A stretch of DNA of 63,924 bases, counting the filler. It is 7 parts of 7 records of this genome, joined end to end, with 100 filler letters (N's around TTAATTAATTAA, not from the genome) between each part and the next. Parts side by side here need not be neighbours in the genome. Positions count along the whole stretch, not along the records: positions 14,450 to 26,598 come from DRR723986_8597; positions 26,699 to 35,589 come from DRR723986_8615; 5 more parts are not named here. One strand, written 5' to 3'. The position numbers and the translations under genes are program-made. This document shows, piece after piece, positions 17,221 through 26,699 of the stretch; the stretch's first letter is position 1, and every line of letters begins with the position of its first letter. The notes beneath the pieces were generated by a model. The model ran no database searches and was not told the origin of the DNA. It worked only from the letters and a program-made list of their open reading frames with translations.

Positions 17221-18158
17221 GGTCTCAACCTGTTCAGGTGGGTCTCTGACGGGGCGGGCAACTCTGCCATCGCGGCGCGCAGGGGGGCAAGCGCGGGGTG
17301 GCGGAGGTCGCGTTGCAGGTGTCCCCAGACGCGGGGGATCAGGTCGATGTACTGCGGTTTGCCGCGCGCCTGCGCCAGCCGCGCAAAGATGCCGAGGATG
17401 CGCAGGTTGCGCTGAAACCCCAGCACCGCAAGAGAGGCGGCAAAGCCATCGGGGTCCAGATCCGTTGCATCCAGATAGTATGCAATGCTGGCGGCGCGGG
17501 TTTCCTCGCCGACGTCGCGGCGGGCGTCCTCCAGCAGAGAGATGAGGTCGTAGGCCCGATGGCCGACGAGCGCATCCTGAAAGTCGAGCAATCCGGCGGC
17601 GGCCGCGCCCGGGCGTTCCGGTAGATGCAGGATGTTTTCGGCGTGATAATCGCGCAGGATCATCACGTCGGCCGGTCGCGCGTGCGCCTCCAGAAGCGGC
17701 AGGAGCGCGGTCTGCACCCGGCGCATGAGGTCCGGCGCCTCGGCATAGTGGATGAAGGCAAGATCAACCATCGCGGCCAGCCGCTCGGGCGTTGCCACGG
17801 GCAGGCCCGGCGGCGGCGCGCTGCGGTGCAGGACCACCAGCGCCTCGGTCGCGATGCGGTACAGCGCCTGCTCGGTTCCGGGGTCCGCGCACAGCCGCGC
17901 CAGCAGGCCGTCGCCCAGATCCTCGATCAGCAATTGGCCGAGGGCCGCGTCCTTTGCGAGGATGCGGGGCGCCGAAAGCCCCAGCCCGGACAGGTGCCGC
18001 GCCAGCCGCGCGAAGAGCGCCACGTCGCCCTCGGGGTCCTCCATCAGGATCGCCGTTTCTGTCCCCCGTCGCAGACGGGTGTAGCGCCGGGACGAGGCGT
18101 CGCCGGCCAGCGGTTCGCGCCCGGCCTCCGCCCAGCCGGCTTTCGCCAGCAGGCTCAT
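17217..18158 (-). CDS. amgK: APH-family phosphotransferase (AmgK-like)
   Basis: LAGDASSRRY, IEDLGD, LRDYHAEN, LDFQDA and QRNLRILGIF. Confidence 0.82.
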   Translation of the reverse strand: MSLLAKAGWAEAGREPLAGDASSRRYTRLRRGTETAILMEDPEGDVALFARLARHLSGLGLSAPRILAKDAALGQLLIEDLGDGLLARLCADPGTEQALYRIATEALVVLHRSAPPPGLPVATPERLAAMVDLAFIHYAEAPDLMRRVQTALLPLLEAHARPADVMILRDYHAENILHLPERPGAAAAGLLDFQDALVGHRAYDLISLLEDARRDVGEETRAASIAYYLDATDLDPDGFAASLAVLGFQRNLRILGIFARLAQARGKPQYIDLIPRVWGHLQRDLRHPALAPLRAAMAELPAPSETHLNRLRP

Positions 18159-18631
18159 GCCGGCACCGCCGCGAGGGTCGCGTCCCAGCGCGGCGCGGTC
18201 CATGTCAGGGACAGGCTGCGCGCGTCTTCTTCCTCGACCGTGGCGAAGGTCAGGGACAAGGCCCCCGCCGGGGCAAGCGCGCCCAGCCGGTCGGGCCATT
18301 CGATCAGGCAGATCGCCTCGTCGAAGGCGTCGAGAAGGCCTAGTTCCTCGACCTCTCCGGGGCTGGTCAGCCGGTAGAGATCGGCGTGCCACAGGGGGCC
18401 GGACGCGGTGTCATAGGTCTGCACCAAGGTGAAGGTCGGCGAGGGGACGTCTTCGGGGGGATCCTGCAGCACATGGATGAGCGCCCGGGCGAAATGGGTC
18501 TTTCCGGCGCCGATGCCGCCGGACAGCAGCAGCACGTCGCCGGGCCGAAGGGCGCGGGCCAGCTGCCCCGCAAGGGCTGCCGTGGCTTCGGGAGAGGGCA
18601 GCGAAAGGGTGCGGCGGCGAGCGGTCGTCAT
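18155..18631 (-). CDS. tsaE: tRNA t6A biosynthesis ATPase TsaE
   Basis: LSGGIGAGKTHFARA, VPSPTFTLVQTY, HADLYRL and LIEWP. Confidence 0.95.
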   Translation of the reverse strand: MTTARRRTLSLPSPEATAALAGQLARALRPGDVLLLSGGIGAGKTHFARALIHVLQDPPEDVPSPTFTLVQTYDTASGPLWHADLYRLTSPGEVEELGLLDAFDEAICLIEWPDRLGALAPAGALSLTFATVEEEDARSLSLTWTAPRWDATLAAVPA

Positions 18632-18676
18632 GGCGGCGAAGATACCCCTGCGCCCGCCCGGTGCAAGCCCGTTCGC

Positions 18677-20194
18677 TCAGGTCGTCGAGGCCTCCGGCAG
18701 CCGCGCACCTTCGGCGATCGCCGGGGCGGCGTGGGCGAAGCGGACCATGCTGGCGCCTGCGGCCACGGGCTCTACCGTGCAGATCAGGCGGGCGCCGGAT
18801 TTCAGCGTGACCTCGGTCTCCCACGGGCTGCGGTCCCGCAGAACCAGAACGAACTCGCGGATTTCCTGCCAGATCGGGCTGGGTTCGCAGGCGGTCTGCC
18901 AGTCGCGGGTGGCATCGACGATGGTGATTTCGGCGAAGGCGCTGTCCGGGTCACAGTCCCACTGGGCGCGGTAGGCGGCGTTCGAGAAGGTCAGGACGCC
19001 CAGCCGCGAGAAGACGGCGACCGAATCCGCAAAGCAGTCCAGAACGGATTGCGTCAGCTCCAGCTCCGAGCGGAACCGCCGGGTGAGCGAGATTTCCGCG
19101 CTGATATCCTCGATCAAGAAGGCCACGGCGCCGTCGGGATGGGGGCGCCCGGTGATCTTGTAGGTCAGGCCCGAGGGCAAGTTCCACGTCTCGCAATACC
19201 GGTCCTCGCGCGCGGCAGAGACCACGTCGTAGAGCTTGTCCCGCCAAGAGGCGTAGTTCTTCGGCTCCGGCATCATGCGATTTTCCCGCATGTGGTCGAA
19301 GAAGGACAGCAGGTTGGGCTTGGCCGAGAGGAAGTCGACCGGGAGGTGGGTCAGGTCCAGCAGCGCAGGGTTGAACAGCACCAACTGCCGGTCCTTGTCG
19401 AAGACGGCGAGGCCGATGGGCAGATGGGCGAATGTCTTGGTCAGGGTCTGGACGAAGTTGCGCTGCGCCATTTCGGCGTTGACGAGGCTGTCGATGCTTC
19501 TGGCGTAGTGGATCCACCCCTCGGAGACCGGTCTCGAGGTGATCTCGAACCAGGAGGTGGCGCCGCTGTTCCGGCGCAGGCTGACCCGCGTGTTGCGAAG
19601 GCCGCGATGGTCGGGGGGCGCCTGATCGAAGGGGCTGGTGTCGGTCCGATCCTGCCCGGCCTCGCGGCAAAGCTCCGCGAAGGCTTCGTTGTGCCAGATG
19701 ACCGCGCCGTCGGCATCCACCTCCCACACGGGTTCCGGCGCACGCAGGGCGATATCGGACAGGCGGTCGAACTCGGGCAGCAGGGTGGCGGCACGAAACA
19801 TCGTCGCCGCGCCGTCCGGAGTGCAGGACAGCGTCAGGCGCAGGCCGTCGGTGATCGGTTCGATGGTCAGCGTGCATCGGTTCTGAAGCATGCAGTCGAG
19901 GGTCTGGTGGCGATCCGGCATCTCTGTCGGAAGCTCGGGGAAGCCCGGGGCCAGAGCCTCCCGCAGCGGCTCCCATTCCAGACCGGAAAGGCTTGGCCGG
20001 TCCAGCAGTCTAGCCATATCCGGGCTGTGATCGACCACGCGCCCGTTCCGCATCAGCAGGACGGAGTTGAGTTTGCCGACGACAGGTGACGTGGCAATCG
20101 GCTTTTGCCGACCGACCGCAACCATAAGACCCAAGGCCACGAGGACGGCACCGCCGACCCCCGCGCCAATCGCCAGAACGAGCAAGTCCTCCAA
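18677..20194 (-). CDS. divL: Membrane-anchored multi-PAS protein (Rhodobacteraceae DivL type, no kinase domain)
   Basis: N-terminal TM; AEMAQRNFVQTLTKTFAHLPIGLAVFD and RPHPDGAVAFLIEDIS; located between regB and tsaE; upstream CtrA box. Confidence 0.75.
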   Translation of the reverse strand: MEDLLVLAIGAGVGGAVLVALGLMVAVGRQKPIATSPVVGKLNSVLLMRNGRVVDHSPDMARLLDRPSLSGLEWEPLREALAPGFPELPTEMPDRHQTLDCMLQNRCTLTIEPITDGLRLTLSCTPDGAATMFRAATLLPEFDRLSDIALRAPEPVWEVDADGAVIWHNEAFAELCREAGQDRTDTSPFDQAPPDHRGLRNTRVSLRRNSGATSWFEITSRPVSEGWIHYARSIDSLVNAEMAQRNFVQTLTKTFAHLPIGLAVFDKDRQLVLFNPALLDLTHLPVDFLSAKPNLLSFFDHMRENRMMPEPKNYASWRDKLYDVVSAAREDRYCETWNLPSGLTYKITGRPHPDGAVAFLIEDISAEISLTRRFRSELELTQSVLDCFADSVAVFSRLGVLTFSNAAYRAQWDCDPDSAFAEITIVDATRDWQTACEPSPIWQEIREFVLVLRDRSPWETEVTLKSGARLICTVEPVAAGASMVRFAHAAPAIAEGARLPEASTT

Positions 20195-20239
20195 ACCCGG
20201 TCCCTTCCCGAACGCCCTTACCCTGTCTAACTTTCGTTG

Positions 20240-20255
20240 GTTAACAGGTGGTTAA
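20240..20255 (-). promoter_or_regulatory. CtrA-binding site
   Basis: Minus strand TTAACCACCTGTTAAC is a perfect TTAA-N7-TTAAC, about 45 bp upstream of divL. Confidence 0.75.
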
Positions 20256-20270
20256 GGTTTCAACGGGGGA

Positions 20271-21662
20271 TCATACCTCGATCAGGCGATTCTCGCCCAT
20301 CGGTTTCCCCGGGGGATGGCTTTCCGGGATCACCTTCGACCGGGGCCAGACCACTTCGACGATGGCGCCGCGCCGCTCTCCGGCGCCATGTTCGGGCGAG
20401 AACGGGTCCGATCCATTGGCAAAGCCCAGTTCGGCGCCGCTGCGTTCCAGCAGGGTCTTGGCGATGAACAGGCCAAGGCCCATGCCCTCGTATTCGGGGC
20501 GCTGCCGGCGATCCGCGTCAGAGCGGCGCCGCCGCATGAAGGGGTCGCCGATGCGCCCCAGCAGATGCGGAGGAAAGCCGCGTCCGTCGTCGAGGATGCG
20601 GATCGAGACGAGATCGTCGGTCCACATCGCCTCTATCCAGACGGTGGTCCGGGCGAAATCCACGGCGTTCTGCACGAGGTTGCGCAGCCCGTGGATGATC
20701 TCGGGGCGGCGCAGGATCTGGGGCTGGTTGTAGCCGCCGTCGGGGCCGGGGCCGCTTTCGATGACGATGTCCTTGCCGCGATCCTGATGCGGCTCGGCGG
20801 CCTCGCGGATGACCTCGATCAGGGGCGCCTGCCGCATGTGCAGATCGTCCTTCCCGGCCCGGCCCATGCCGCGCAGGATGTCGCGACAGCGGTCGGCCTG
20901 CTCGCGGATCAGCAGGGCGTCCTCGCGCTGGTCGCCCTCCAGCTCCTCGGCCAGTTCCGACGAGGTCAGCTTGATCGTCGCCAGCGGCGTGCCCAGTTCG
21001 TGCGCCGCCGCCGCGACCACGCCGCCGAGATCGTTCAGCTTTTGCGCGCGCGCCAGCGCCATCTGCGTCGCCGCCAGCGCATCGGACATGGAGTGCATCT
21101 CGCGGGTGATCCGGCGCGAGTAGATGGATATGAAGACCACCGCGATGACGATGGCAACCCATTGGCCGTAAACGAAGATGTCGGGGATCTGAAGGACGAA
21201 CCCCTCCTGCGTGCGCAGCGGCAGGTGGTATTCCACCATGGCCGAGACGAGAAACAGCGCCGTTCCGCCAAGGATCACCGTGGACCGCAGCGACAGCACC
21301 GCCGCCGAGACGGTCACCGGCCCCAGCACCAGCAGCGAGAAGGGGTTGTGCAGCCCTCCCGTCAGAAAGAGCAGAAAGCACAGCTGCAAGAGGTCGAACA
21401 TGACCATCAGGAAGTTCTCGCCCTCGCTGAGGCGCTTGTTCTCGGGGAAGATGAAGATCGCGACGAGGTTGCCCACGACCGAGATCCCGACCGCGAGGTA
21501 GCACAGACCGAGTTCGAGCTGCAGCGTGTAGAGGCGTTGGGCGACGACGATGGCGGAAAGTTGACCGACCACCGCGAACCACCGCAGAAGGATCATGGTA
21601 CGCAGGCGAATCCAGTTGCCGCGCTGGCGGTCTCCCAGCAATCCCAGTTCGGTGTTGGCCAT
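20271..21662 (-). CDS. regB: Redox-sensing histidine kinase RegB/PrrB
   Basis: WIRLRTMILLRW, quinone motif TGGLHNPF, H-box AAAAHELGTPLATI, redox Cys in ADRCRDIL and GMGLGLFIA. Confidence 0.95.
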   Translation of the reverse strand: MANTELGLLGDRQRGNWIRLRTMILLRWFAVVGQLSAIVVAQRLYTLQLELGLCYLAVGISVVGNLVAIFIFPENKRLSEGENFLMVMFDLLQLCFLLFLTGGLHNPFSLLVLGPVTVSAAVLSLRSTVILGGTALFLVSAMVEYHLPLRTQEGFVLQIPDIFVYGQWVAIVIAVVFISIYSRRITREMHSMSDALAATQMALARAQKLNDLGGVVAAAAHELGTPLATIKLTSSELAEELEGDQREDALLIREQADRCRDILRGMGRAGKDDLHMRQAPLIEVIREAAEPHQDRGKDIVIESGPGPDGGYNQPQILRRPEIIHGLRNLVQNAVDFARTTVWIEAMWTDDLVSIRILDDGRGFPPHLLGRIGDPFMRRRRSDADRRQRPEYEGMGLGLFIAKTLLERSGAELGFANGSDPFSPEHGAGERRGAIVEVVWPRSKVIPESHPPGKPMGENRLIEV

Positions 21663-21740
21663 CTGCGCCCTTTTGACCCTCTTGCACCCGCGGCTTGGTC
21701 CGTTAACTCGGATTCTGTAACCGCTTGGAGGGCCCGAGTC

Positions 21741-22349
21741 ATGCAGCGTCTTGCCGCAATCGCCGCTTCCGTCGCCGTCGTTGCCCTCGTGGGTGGCGTA
21801 TGGTACGCCACGACAGGACCTTCGGGTGGCGCTTTCGCAGAGTGCCGGAACGGCGCCGTGGGCGGCGAGATCGGCGGACCCTTCGAATTGGTGAACGCGG
21901 CCGGAGAGACGGTGACGGACGCCGATGTGATCACCGAACCCACGCTGGTCTATTTCGGCTACACCTTCTGCCCGGACATCTGCCCCTTCGACATGGCCCG
22001 CAACGCCGATGCCGTGGACGTTCTGGCAGAGCGGGGGTACAGCGCGACGCCGGTCTTCATCACAATCGACCCGGCCCGCGACACGCCCGAGCAGGTCGGC
22101 GCGTTCGCGTCGGACCTGCACGACAAGGCGATCGGGCTGACCGGCTCGCCCGAGCAGGTCAAGGCCGCGGCCGACGCCTACCGCACCTACTATCAGGCGC
22201 AGGACAGCGGCGACGAATTCTACCTCGTGGATCACATGACCTTTACCTACCTCGTGCTGCCCGAAGAGGGTTTCGTCGACTTCTTCCGGCGCGAGGTCAC
22301 GCCAGAGCAGATGGCGGATACCGTCGCCTGCTACATTGACGCATCCTGA
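21741..22349 (+). CDS. senC: SCO-family copper chaperone SenC/PrrC
   Basis: YFGYTFCPDICP, IDPARDT and YLVDH; between regB and regA. Confidence 0.93.
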   Translation: MQRLAAIAASVAVVALVGGVWYATTGPSGGAFAECRNGAVGGEIGGPFELVNAAGETVTDADVITEPTLVYFGYTFCPDICPFDMARNADAVDVLAERGYSATPVFITIDPARDTPEQVGAFASDLHDKAIGLTGSPEQVKAAADAYRTYYQAQDSGDEFYLVDHMTFTYLVLPEEGFVDFFRREVTPEQMADTVACYIDAS

Positions 22350-22433
22350 CAAGGACTTAGGTTGCGTTTGACCGGGAGTTGGGGCGCGGGTAAGACTTTC
22401 GCCCACGGGCGGGGACAAGTGGGAGGACCATCA

Positions 22434-22988
22434 GTGGCGGAACGCGATCAGGACGACCTAGGCCCCGACAAGTCGCTGCTTCTGGTGGACGACGACGAGC
22501 CCTTCCTGAGGCGCCTCGCCAAGGCGATGGAAAAGCGCGGCTTCGAGGTCGAGATGGCGGGGTCCGTCGCCGCCGGCACCGCGATCGCCACGGCCCGCCC
22601 GCCGGCTTACGCGGTGGTCGATCTCAGACTCGAGGATGGCAACGGGCTGGATGTGGTCGAGGTGCTGCGAGAGCGCCGTCCCGACAGCCGCATCGTCGTG
22701 TTGACCGGCTACGGCGCCATCGCCACGGCCGTCGCTGCGGTGAAGATCGGCGCGACCGACTACCTGTCCAAGCCCGCCGATGCCACCGACATCACCAACG
22801 CGCTTCTGGCACGCGGCGACGATCTGCCGCCGCCGCCCGAGAACCCGATGAGCGCCGACCGCGTGCGGTGGGAGCATATCCAGCGCGTCTACGAACTGTG
22901 CGACCGCAACGTGTCGGAAACCGCACGGCGGCTGAACATGCACCGGCGCACGCTGCAGCGCATCCTCGCCAAACGCTCCCCCCGCTAG
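22434..22988 (+). CDS. regA: Response regulator RegA/PrrA
   Basis: LLLVDDDEPFLRRL, PPPPENPMSADRVRWEHIQRVYE and NVSETARRLNMHRRTLQRILAKRSPR. Confidence 0.97.
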   Translation: MAERDQDDLGPDKSLLLVDDDEPFLRRLAKAMEKRGFEVEMAGSVAAGTAIATARPPAYAVVDLRLEDGNGLDVVEVLRERRPDSRIVVLTGYGAIATAVAAVKIGATDYLSKPADATDITNALLARGDDLPPPPENPMSADRVRWEHIQRVYELCDRNVSETARRLNMHRRTLQRILAKRSPR

Positions 22989-23554
22989 AGCAGCGAGAGC
23001 GACAGGCGCGCCGCCTCGGCCTCTTCTTCCAGCGCGTCGAGCGCCTTCAGCAGCTTTCGGTGGCTCTTGTCTGCCTCGTAGGCGGTGGGGCGCAGGTGAC
23101 GCTGGGCCGCCTCGACATGCTCCACGGCGACAGCCAGGGCTTGCGACAGCAGGGCCCGCTGGTTGCGTATGGTGCGGATGCGCGCCTCCAGAACCTCGGT
23201 CGCGATCCGGTCTTCCCGCCGCAGCGCGTAAAGGGTCTCGATCTCGGCGTCCTGTGCCCGCAGCAGCTCTTCCAGCCCGTCGGACACGTCATCCATATGC
23301 TCCTGCGCATCCTTCACCACCCGCATCAGGCGGTTGAGCGCGCCGGGGGGATCGGCGCCGGAACCGGGCGGGGGCGCGGCGGCCTCGCGCAGCCGGGCGC
23401 AGGCCTGCAACAGCTTCGGCATGTCCGAGGCGAGGGCGTCCTCGATCTCCAACGCGTTGCCGGGCTTGCCCATGACAAGGGCGACCACGTCCGACCGGTC
23501 GCAGCCGGGCAGGGCCAGCAGGGCGCACAGCAACAAGAGAGGCAGGACAGGCAT
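22985..23554 (-). CDS. Hypothetical coiled-coil lipoprotein
   Basis: Signal MPVLPLLLLCALLALPGC with a lipobox-like LPGC; helical E/A/L/R-rich body; fills the regA-thpR gap. Confidence 0.55.
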   Translation of the reverse strand: MPVLPLLLLCALLALPGCDRSDVVALVMGKPGNALEIEDALASDMPKLLQACARLREAAAPPPGSGADPPGALNRLMRVVKDAQEHMDDVSDGLEELLRAQDAEIETLYALRREDRIATEVLEARIRTIRNQRALLSQALAVAVEHVEAAQRHLRPTAYEADKSHRKLLKALDALEEEAEAARLSLSLL

Positions 23555-23626
23555 AGGCGCCCCCGGACAACGGATCCGAGTGGCCCGGCATGGGCGACTC
23601 GGCGCGGACACTGTCGTCCAGCCGGG

Positions 23627-24157
23627 TTAAGGCGTGGTCAACGGGTATCGCGCAACGGTGTCGTAGCGGGCGCCGTCCGGATGCAACGCCGAGGACAGGA
23701 GTTCGAAACCATCGCAGGGGAAGGGCCCCAGCGCGCCCGGCGGGATCGCCGCCAGACCAAGCGTCGCGGCGCGTTTGTCCCGCGTCCGCAACAGCGTGAC
23801 ATGGGGCCGGAAACGGCGCCGGGGCAGGGCCAGACCGATGCCGTGCAGCCGCGAGCGGATGCGGTCGTGCAACTCCGTCAGGGCCGGGCCGCCCTCGGCC
23901 TGAACGGCGACGACCCTGTTGAACCGCCCGCCGAAAACCGCACCGCCTTGGAACCGCAGGGCGATTTCGGGCGCCCGAATGCTGCGCAGGGCGCCGTCGA
24001 TCTCGGGCAGGGCCTCTTCGGGCGTCTCTCCGAGGAAGGCCAGGGTAAGGTGCAGCGATTCGATGTCGACGGCGCGCCCTTCGGGCATGGCGTCCTGCAG
24101 GTCGGAGGCCACGTCCAGCGCCTCTTCCGGCAGGGTCAGCGCGACGAAGAGGCGCAT
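23627..24157 (-). CDS. thpR: RNA 2',3'-cyclic phosphodiesterase (2H family)
   Basis: MRLFVAL and two HxT motifs (LHLTLAFLG, FRPHVTL). Confidence 0.9.
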   Translation of the reverse strand: MRLFVALTLPEEALDVASDLQDAMPEGRAVDIESLHLTLAFLGETPEEALPEIDGALRSIRAPEIALRFQGGAVFGGRFNRVVAVQAEGGPALTELHDRIRSRLHGIGLALPRRRFRPHVTLLRTRDKRAATLGLAAIPPGALGPFPCDGFELLSSALHPDGARYDTVARYPLTTP

Positions 24158-25098
24158 CAGAGCCGGTCCAGCTCCGTCAGGGCCAGCATCCGCGCATAAT
24201 CGTCGGGCAGGCACAGCTGCGTGCCCTCGCTTTGCACGGCGGCAGAGGCGGCGGCGGCCCCGCGGCGCAGCGCCTCGGGGGCGTTTTGCCCCTCGGCCAG
24301 CGACATGACGAAGGCCCCGACGAAGCTGTCTCCGGCGCCGATGGCGCTGACCACGGTCTCGTTCTCGGCCGTCACGCGCCACAGCCCGTCGCCATCCGCC
24401 ATGACCGAGCCGTCCTTGCCGCGCGCGATGATGACGATCCGCCCAGCGCCGCGCTGGCGCAGGGTCTCGGCGAAGCGGGCGCTGTCCTCGCGGGTGGCCA
24501 GCGGGTCCCCCGCCAGTTCCTGCGCCTCGTGGCTGTCCATGCGCAGCACGAAGGGCGCGGGCTGCGGGCCAGCCGCCTGCGCGGCCAGATGCGGGCCGGA
24601 GGTGTCGACGACCACGCGCCGCTGGCCCAGACGGTCGCAGGCGCGGGTGAGCCAGCCCGGCTCCGCCCCCGGCGGCATGGAGCCCGAAAGCACCACGAAG
24701 GCATCCGCCGCGGCGCTTTCGTCGATCCTGTCGAGCACCGCGTCGAGATCGCCACCGCCCCAAGCCGGGCCGGAGAGGACGAAGCGGTATTGCTCGCCCG
24801 TACACTCGTCGGTGACGGAAAAGCTGTGCCGCGTCTGCCCCGGCGCGGGCACGACGAGCAGGTCGAGGCCCTGCGCCTCCAGCAGGGTCCGCAAGGCCTC
24901 GCCGTTGGGTCCGCCCAAGGCCACCAGCGCCCGCGCCCGACCGCCAAGCTGTGCAATCGCGCGCGCGACATTGACTCCGCCGCCGCCCGGCTCCGCCGTT
25001 TCCGGGGCGCAGCGCAGCTTCGGCCCCGGACGGACGAAGGGCGCCGAGGTCGCGAGGTCCAGCGCGGGGTTCAGGGTGACGGTCAGGATCTCTGTCAT
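24157..25098 (-). CDS. PfkB / 1-phosphofructokinase-family hexose kinase
   Basis: ILTVTLNPALD, PGGGGVNVAR, LSGSMPPG, VVDTSG and SAIGAGDSF. Confidence 0.9.
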   Translation of the reverse strand: MTEILTVTLNPALDLATSAPFVRPGPKLRCAPETAEPGGGGVNVARAIAQLGGRARALVALGGPNGEALRTLLEAQGLDLLVVPAPGQTRHSFSVTDECTGEQYRFVLSGPAWGGGDLDAVLDRIDESAAADAFVVLSGSMPPGAEPGWLTRACDRLGQRRVVVDTSGPHLAAQAAGPQPAPFVLRMDSHEAQELAGDPLATREDSARFAETLRQRGAGRIVIIARGKDGSVMADGDGLWRVTAENETVVSAIGAGDSFVGAFVMSLAEGQNAPEALRRGAAAASAAVQSEGTQLCLPDDYARMLALTELDRL

Positions 25099-25209
25099 CG
25101 TGCTCTCCTTCGGGCGCAGGAAAGGCCATCCGGGCCGGCCATGCAAACCGGAATCTGGACAAATCCGCCGCCTTGTGAAAACACCGCCCCCTGTCAGGAG
25201 GCCCTTGTC

Positions 25210-26529
25210 ATGACCGTCACCCGCTTTGCGCCCTCGCCCACCGGCTACATCCACGTCGGAAACCTGCGGACCGCGCTGTTCAATCATCTGATCGCCCGCA
25301 AGACCGGCGGCACCTTCGTGCTGCGGATCGACGACACCGATCCGGAGCGCTCGAAAGAGGCTTATGTCGACGCGATCAAGCAGGATCTCGAGTGGCTGGG
25401 CCTGACCTGGGACAAGGTGGAGCGGCAGTCGCAGCGGCTGAACCGCTACCGCGATGCCGCCGACCGGCTGCGCGAGATGGGCCGCTTCTACGAGGCATGG
25501 GAGACGCCGACGGAACTGGACCTGAAGCGCAAGAAGCAGCTGAACATGGGCAAGCCGCCGGTCTACGACCGGGCCGCGCTGGCTCTGTCCGAGGACGACA
25601 AGGCGAAGATGCGCGAAGAGCGCGGACCGGGCGTCTGGCGCTTCAAGCTGGATCAGGAGCGCATCGCGTGGGAAGACGGCATCCTCGGCGAGGTGTCGAT
25701 CGACGCGGCCAGCGTCTCCGACCCGGTTCTGATCCGCGCGGACGGGCAGTTCCTTTATACGCTGGCCTCGGTGGTGGATGACATCGAAATGGGCATCACC
25801 CATGTGGTGCGCGGCAACGACCACGTCACCAACACCGCGACGCAGATCCAGATGATCCGCGCGCTGGGGGGCGAGCCTCCGGCCTTCGCGCACCACTCTC
25901 TGCTGACCGGCCCGCAGGGCGAGTCGCTGTCCAAGCGTCTTGGCACCCTGTCGCTGCGCGACCTGCGCGAAAGCGGCGTGGAGCCCGAGGCGCTGCTGTC
26001 GCTGATGGCGCGGCTGGGGTCCTCGCAGCCGGTCGAACTGCGGATGTCGCTGGATGAGATCGCCGAGGGTTTCGAGCTGTCGCAGTTCGGATCGGCGCCG
26101 ACGAAGTTCGACGTGCAGGATCTGTACCCGCTGACCGCGCGCAAGCTGCACGGCCTGCCGCTGGAGGCGGTGGCCGATGAGATCGCCGCGCTGGGCGTGC
26201 CCGAGGACAAGGCCGGGGCCTTCTGGTCGGTGGTGCGCGAGAACATCACCACCCGCAAGGACATGGCCGACTGGTGGGCGCTGTTCCGCGACGGCGCCGC
26301 GCCGATGGTGGCGGAGGAAGACCGCGATTTCGTCGTCGAGGCGCTGGGGATGCTGGGCGAGCCGCCCTATGACTCCGGAACCTGGGGGGCGTGGACCTCT
26401 GCCGTGAAAGAGGCGACGGGCCGCAAGGGCAAGGGGCTTTTCATGCCGCTGCGCAAGGCCGTGACGGGCCGCGAGCGCGGGCCGGAGATGGCCGAGGTCA
26501 TGCCCCTTCTGCAGAAGAAGCCGGGCTGA
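25210..26529 (+). CDS. gltX: Glutamate--tRNA ligase
   Basis: TRFAPSPTGYIHVGN, LRIDDTD, VVRGNDH and LSKR. Confidence 0.95.
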   Translation: MTVTRFAPSPTGYIHVGNLRTALFNHLIARKTGGTFVLRIDDTDPERSKEAYVDAIKQDLEWLGLTWDKVERQSQRLNRYRDAADRLREMGRFYEAWETPTELDLKRKKQLNMGKPPVYDRAALALSEDDKAKMREERGPGVWRFKLDQERIAWEDGILGEVSIDAASVSDPVLIRADGQFLYTLASVVDDIEMGITHVVRGNDHVTNTATQIQMIRALGGEPPAFAHHSLLTGPQGESLSKRLGTLSLRDLRESGVEPEALLSLMARLGSSQPVELRMSLDEIAEGFELSQFGSAPTKFDVQDLYPLTARKLHGLPLEAVADEIAALGVPEDKAGAFWSVVRENITTRKDMADWWALFRDGAAPMVAEEDRDFVVEALGMLGEPPYDSGTWGAWTSAVKEATGRKGKGLFMPLRKAVTGRERGPEMAEVMPLLQKKPG

Positions 26530-26537
26530 GGCGCGGG

Positions 26538-26598
26538 GAGAGGGGGCTCTGCCCCCGCGCGCTGCGCGCGCACCCCGGGATATTTCCGGACAGAAGAA
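26538..26598 (+). repeat. Dispersed REP/MITE-like palindromic repeat, copy 1 (at contig end)
   Basis: GAGAGGGGGCTCTGCCCCC-hairpin-CCCCGGGATATTTCCGGACAGAAGAA; matches copies at 27919-27978 and 35562-35589. Confidence 0.75.
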
Positions 26599-26698
26599 NN
26601 NNNNNNNNNNNNNNNNNNNNNNNNNNNNNNNNNNNNNNNNNNTTAATTAATTAANNNNNNNNNNNNNNNNNNNNNNNNNNNNNNNNNNNNNNNNNNNN
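26599..26698. other. Artificial contig linker
   Basis: N44-TTAATTAATTAA-N44. Confidence 0.99.
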
Positions 26699-26699
26699 G

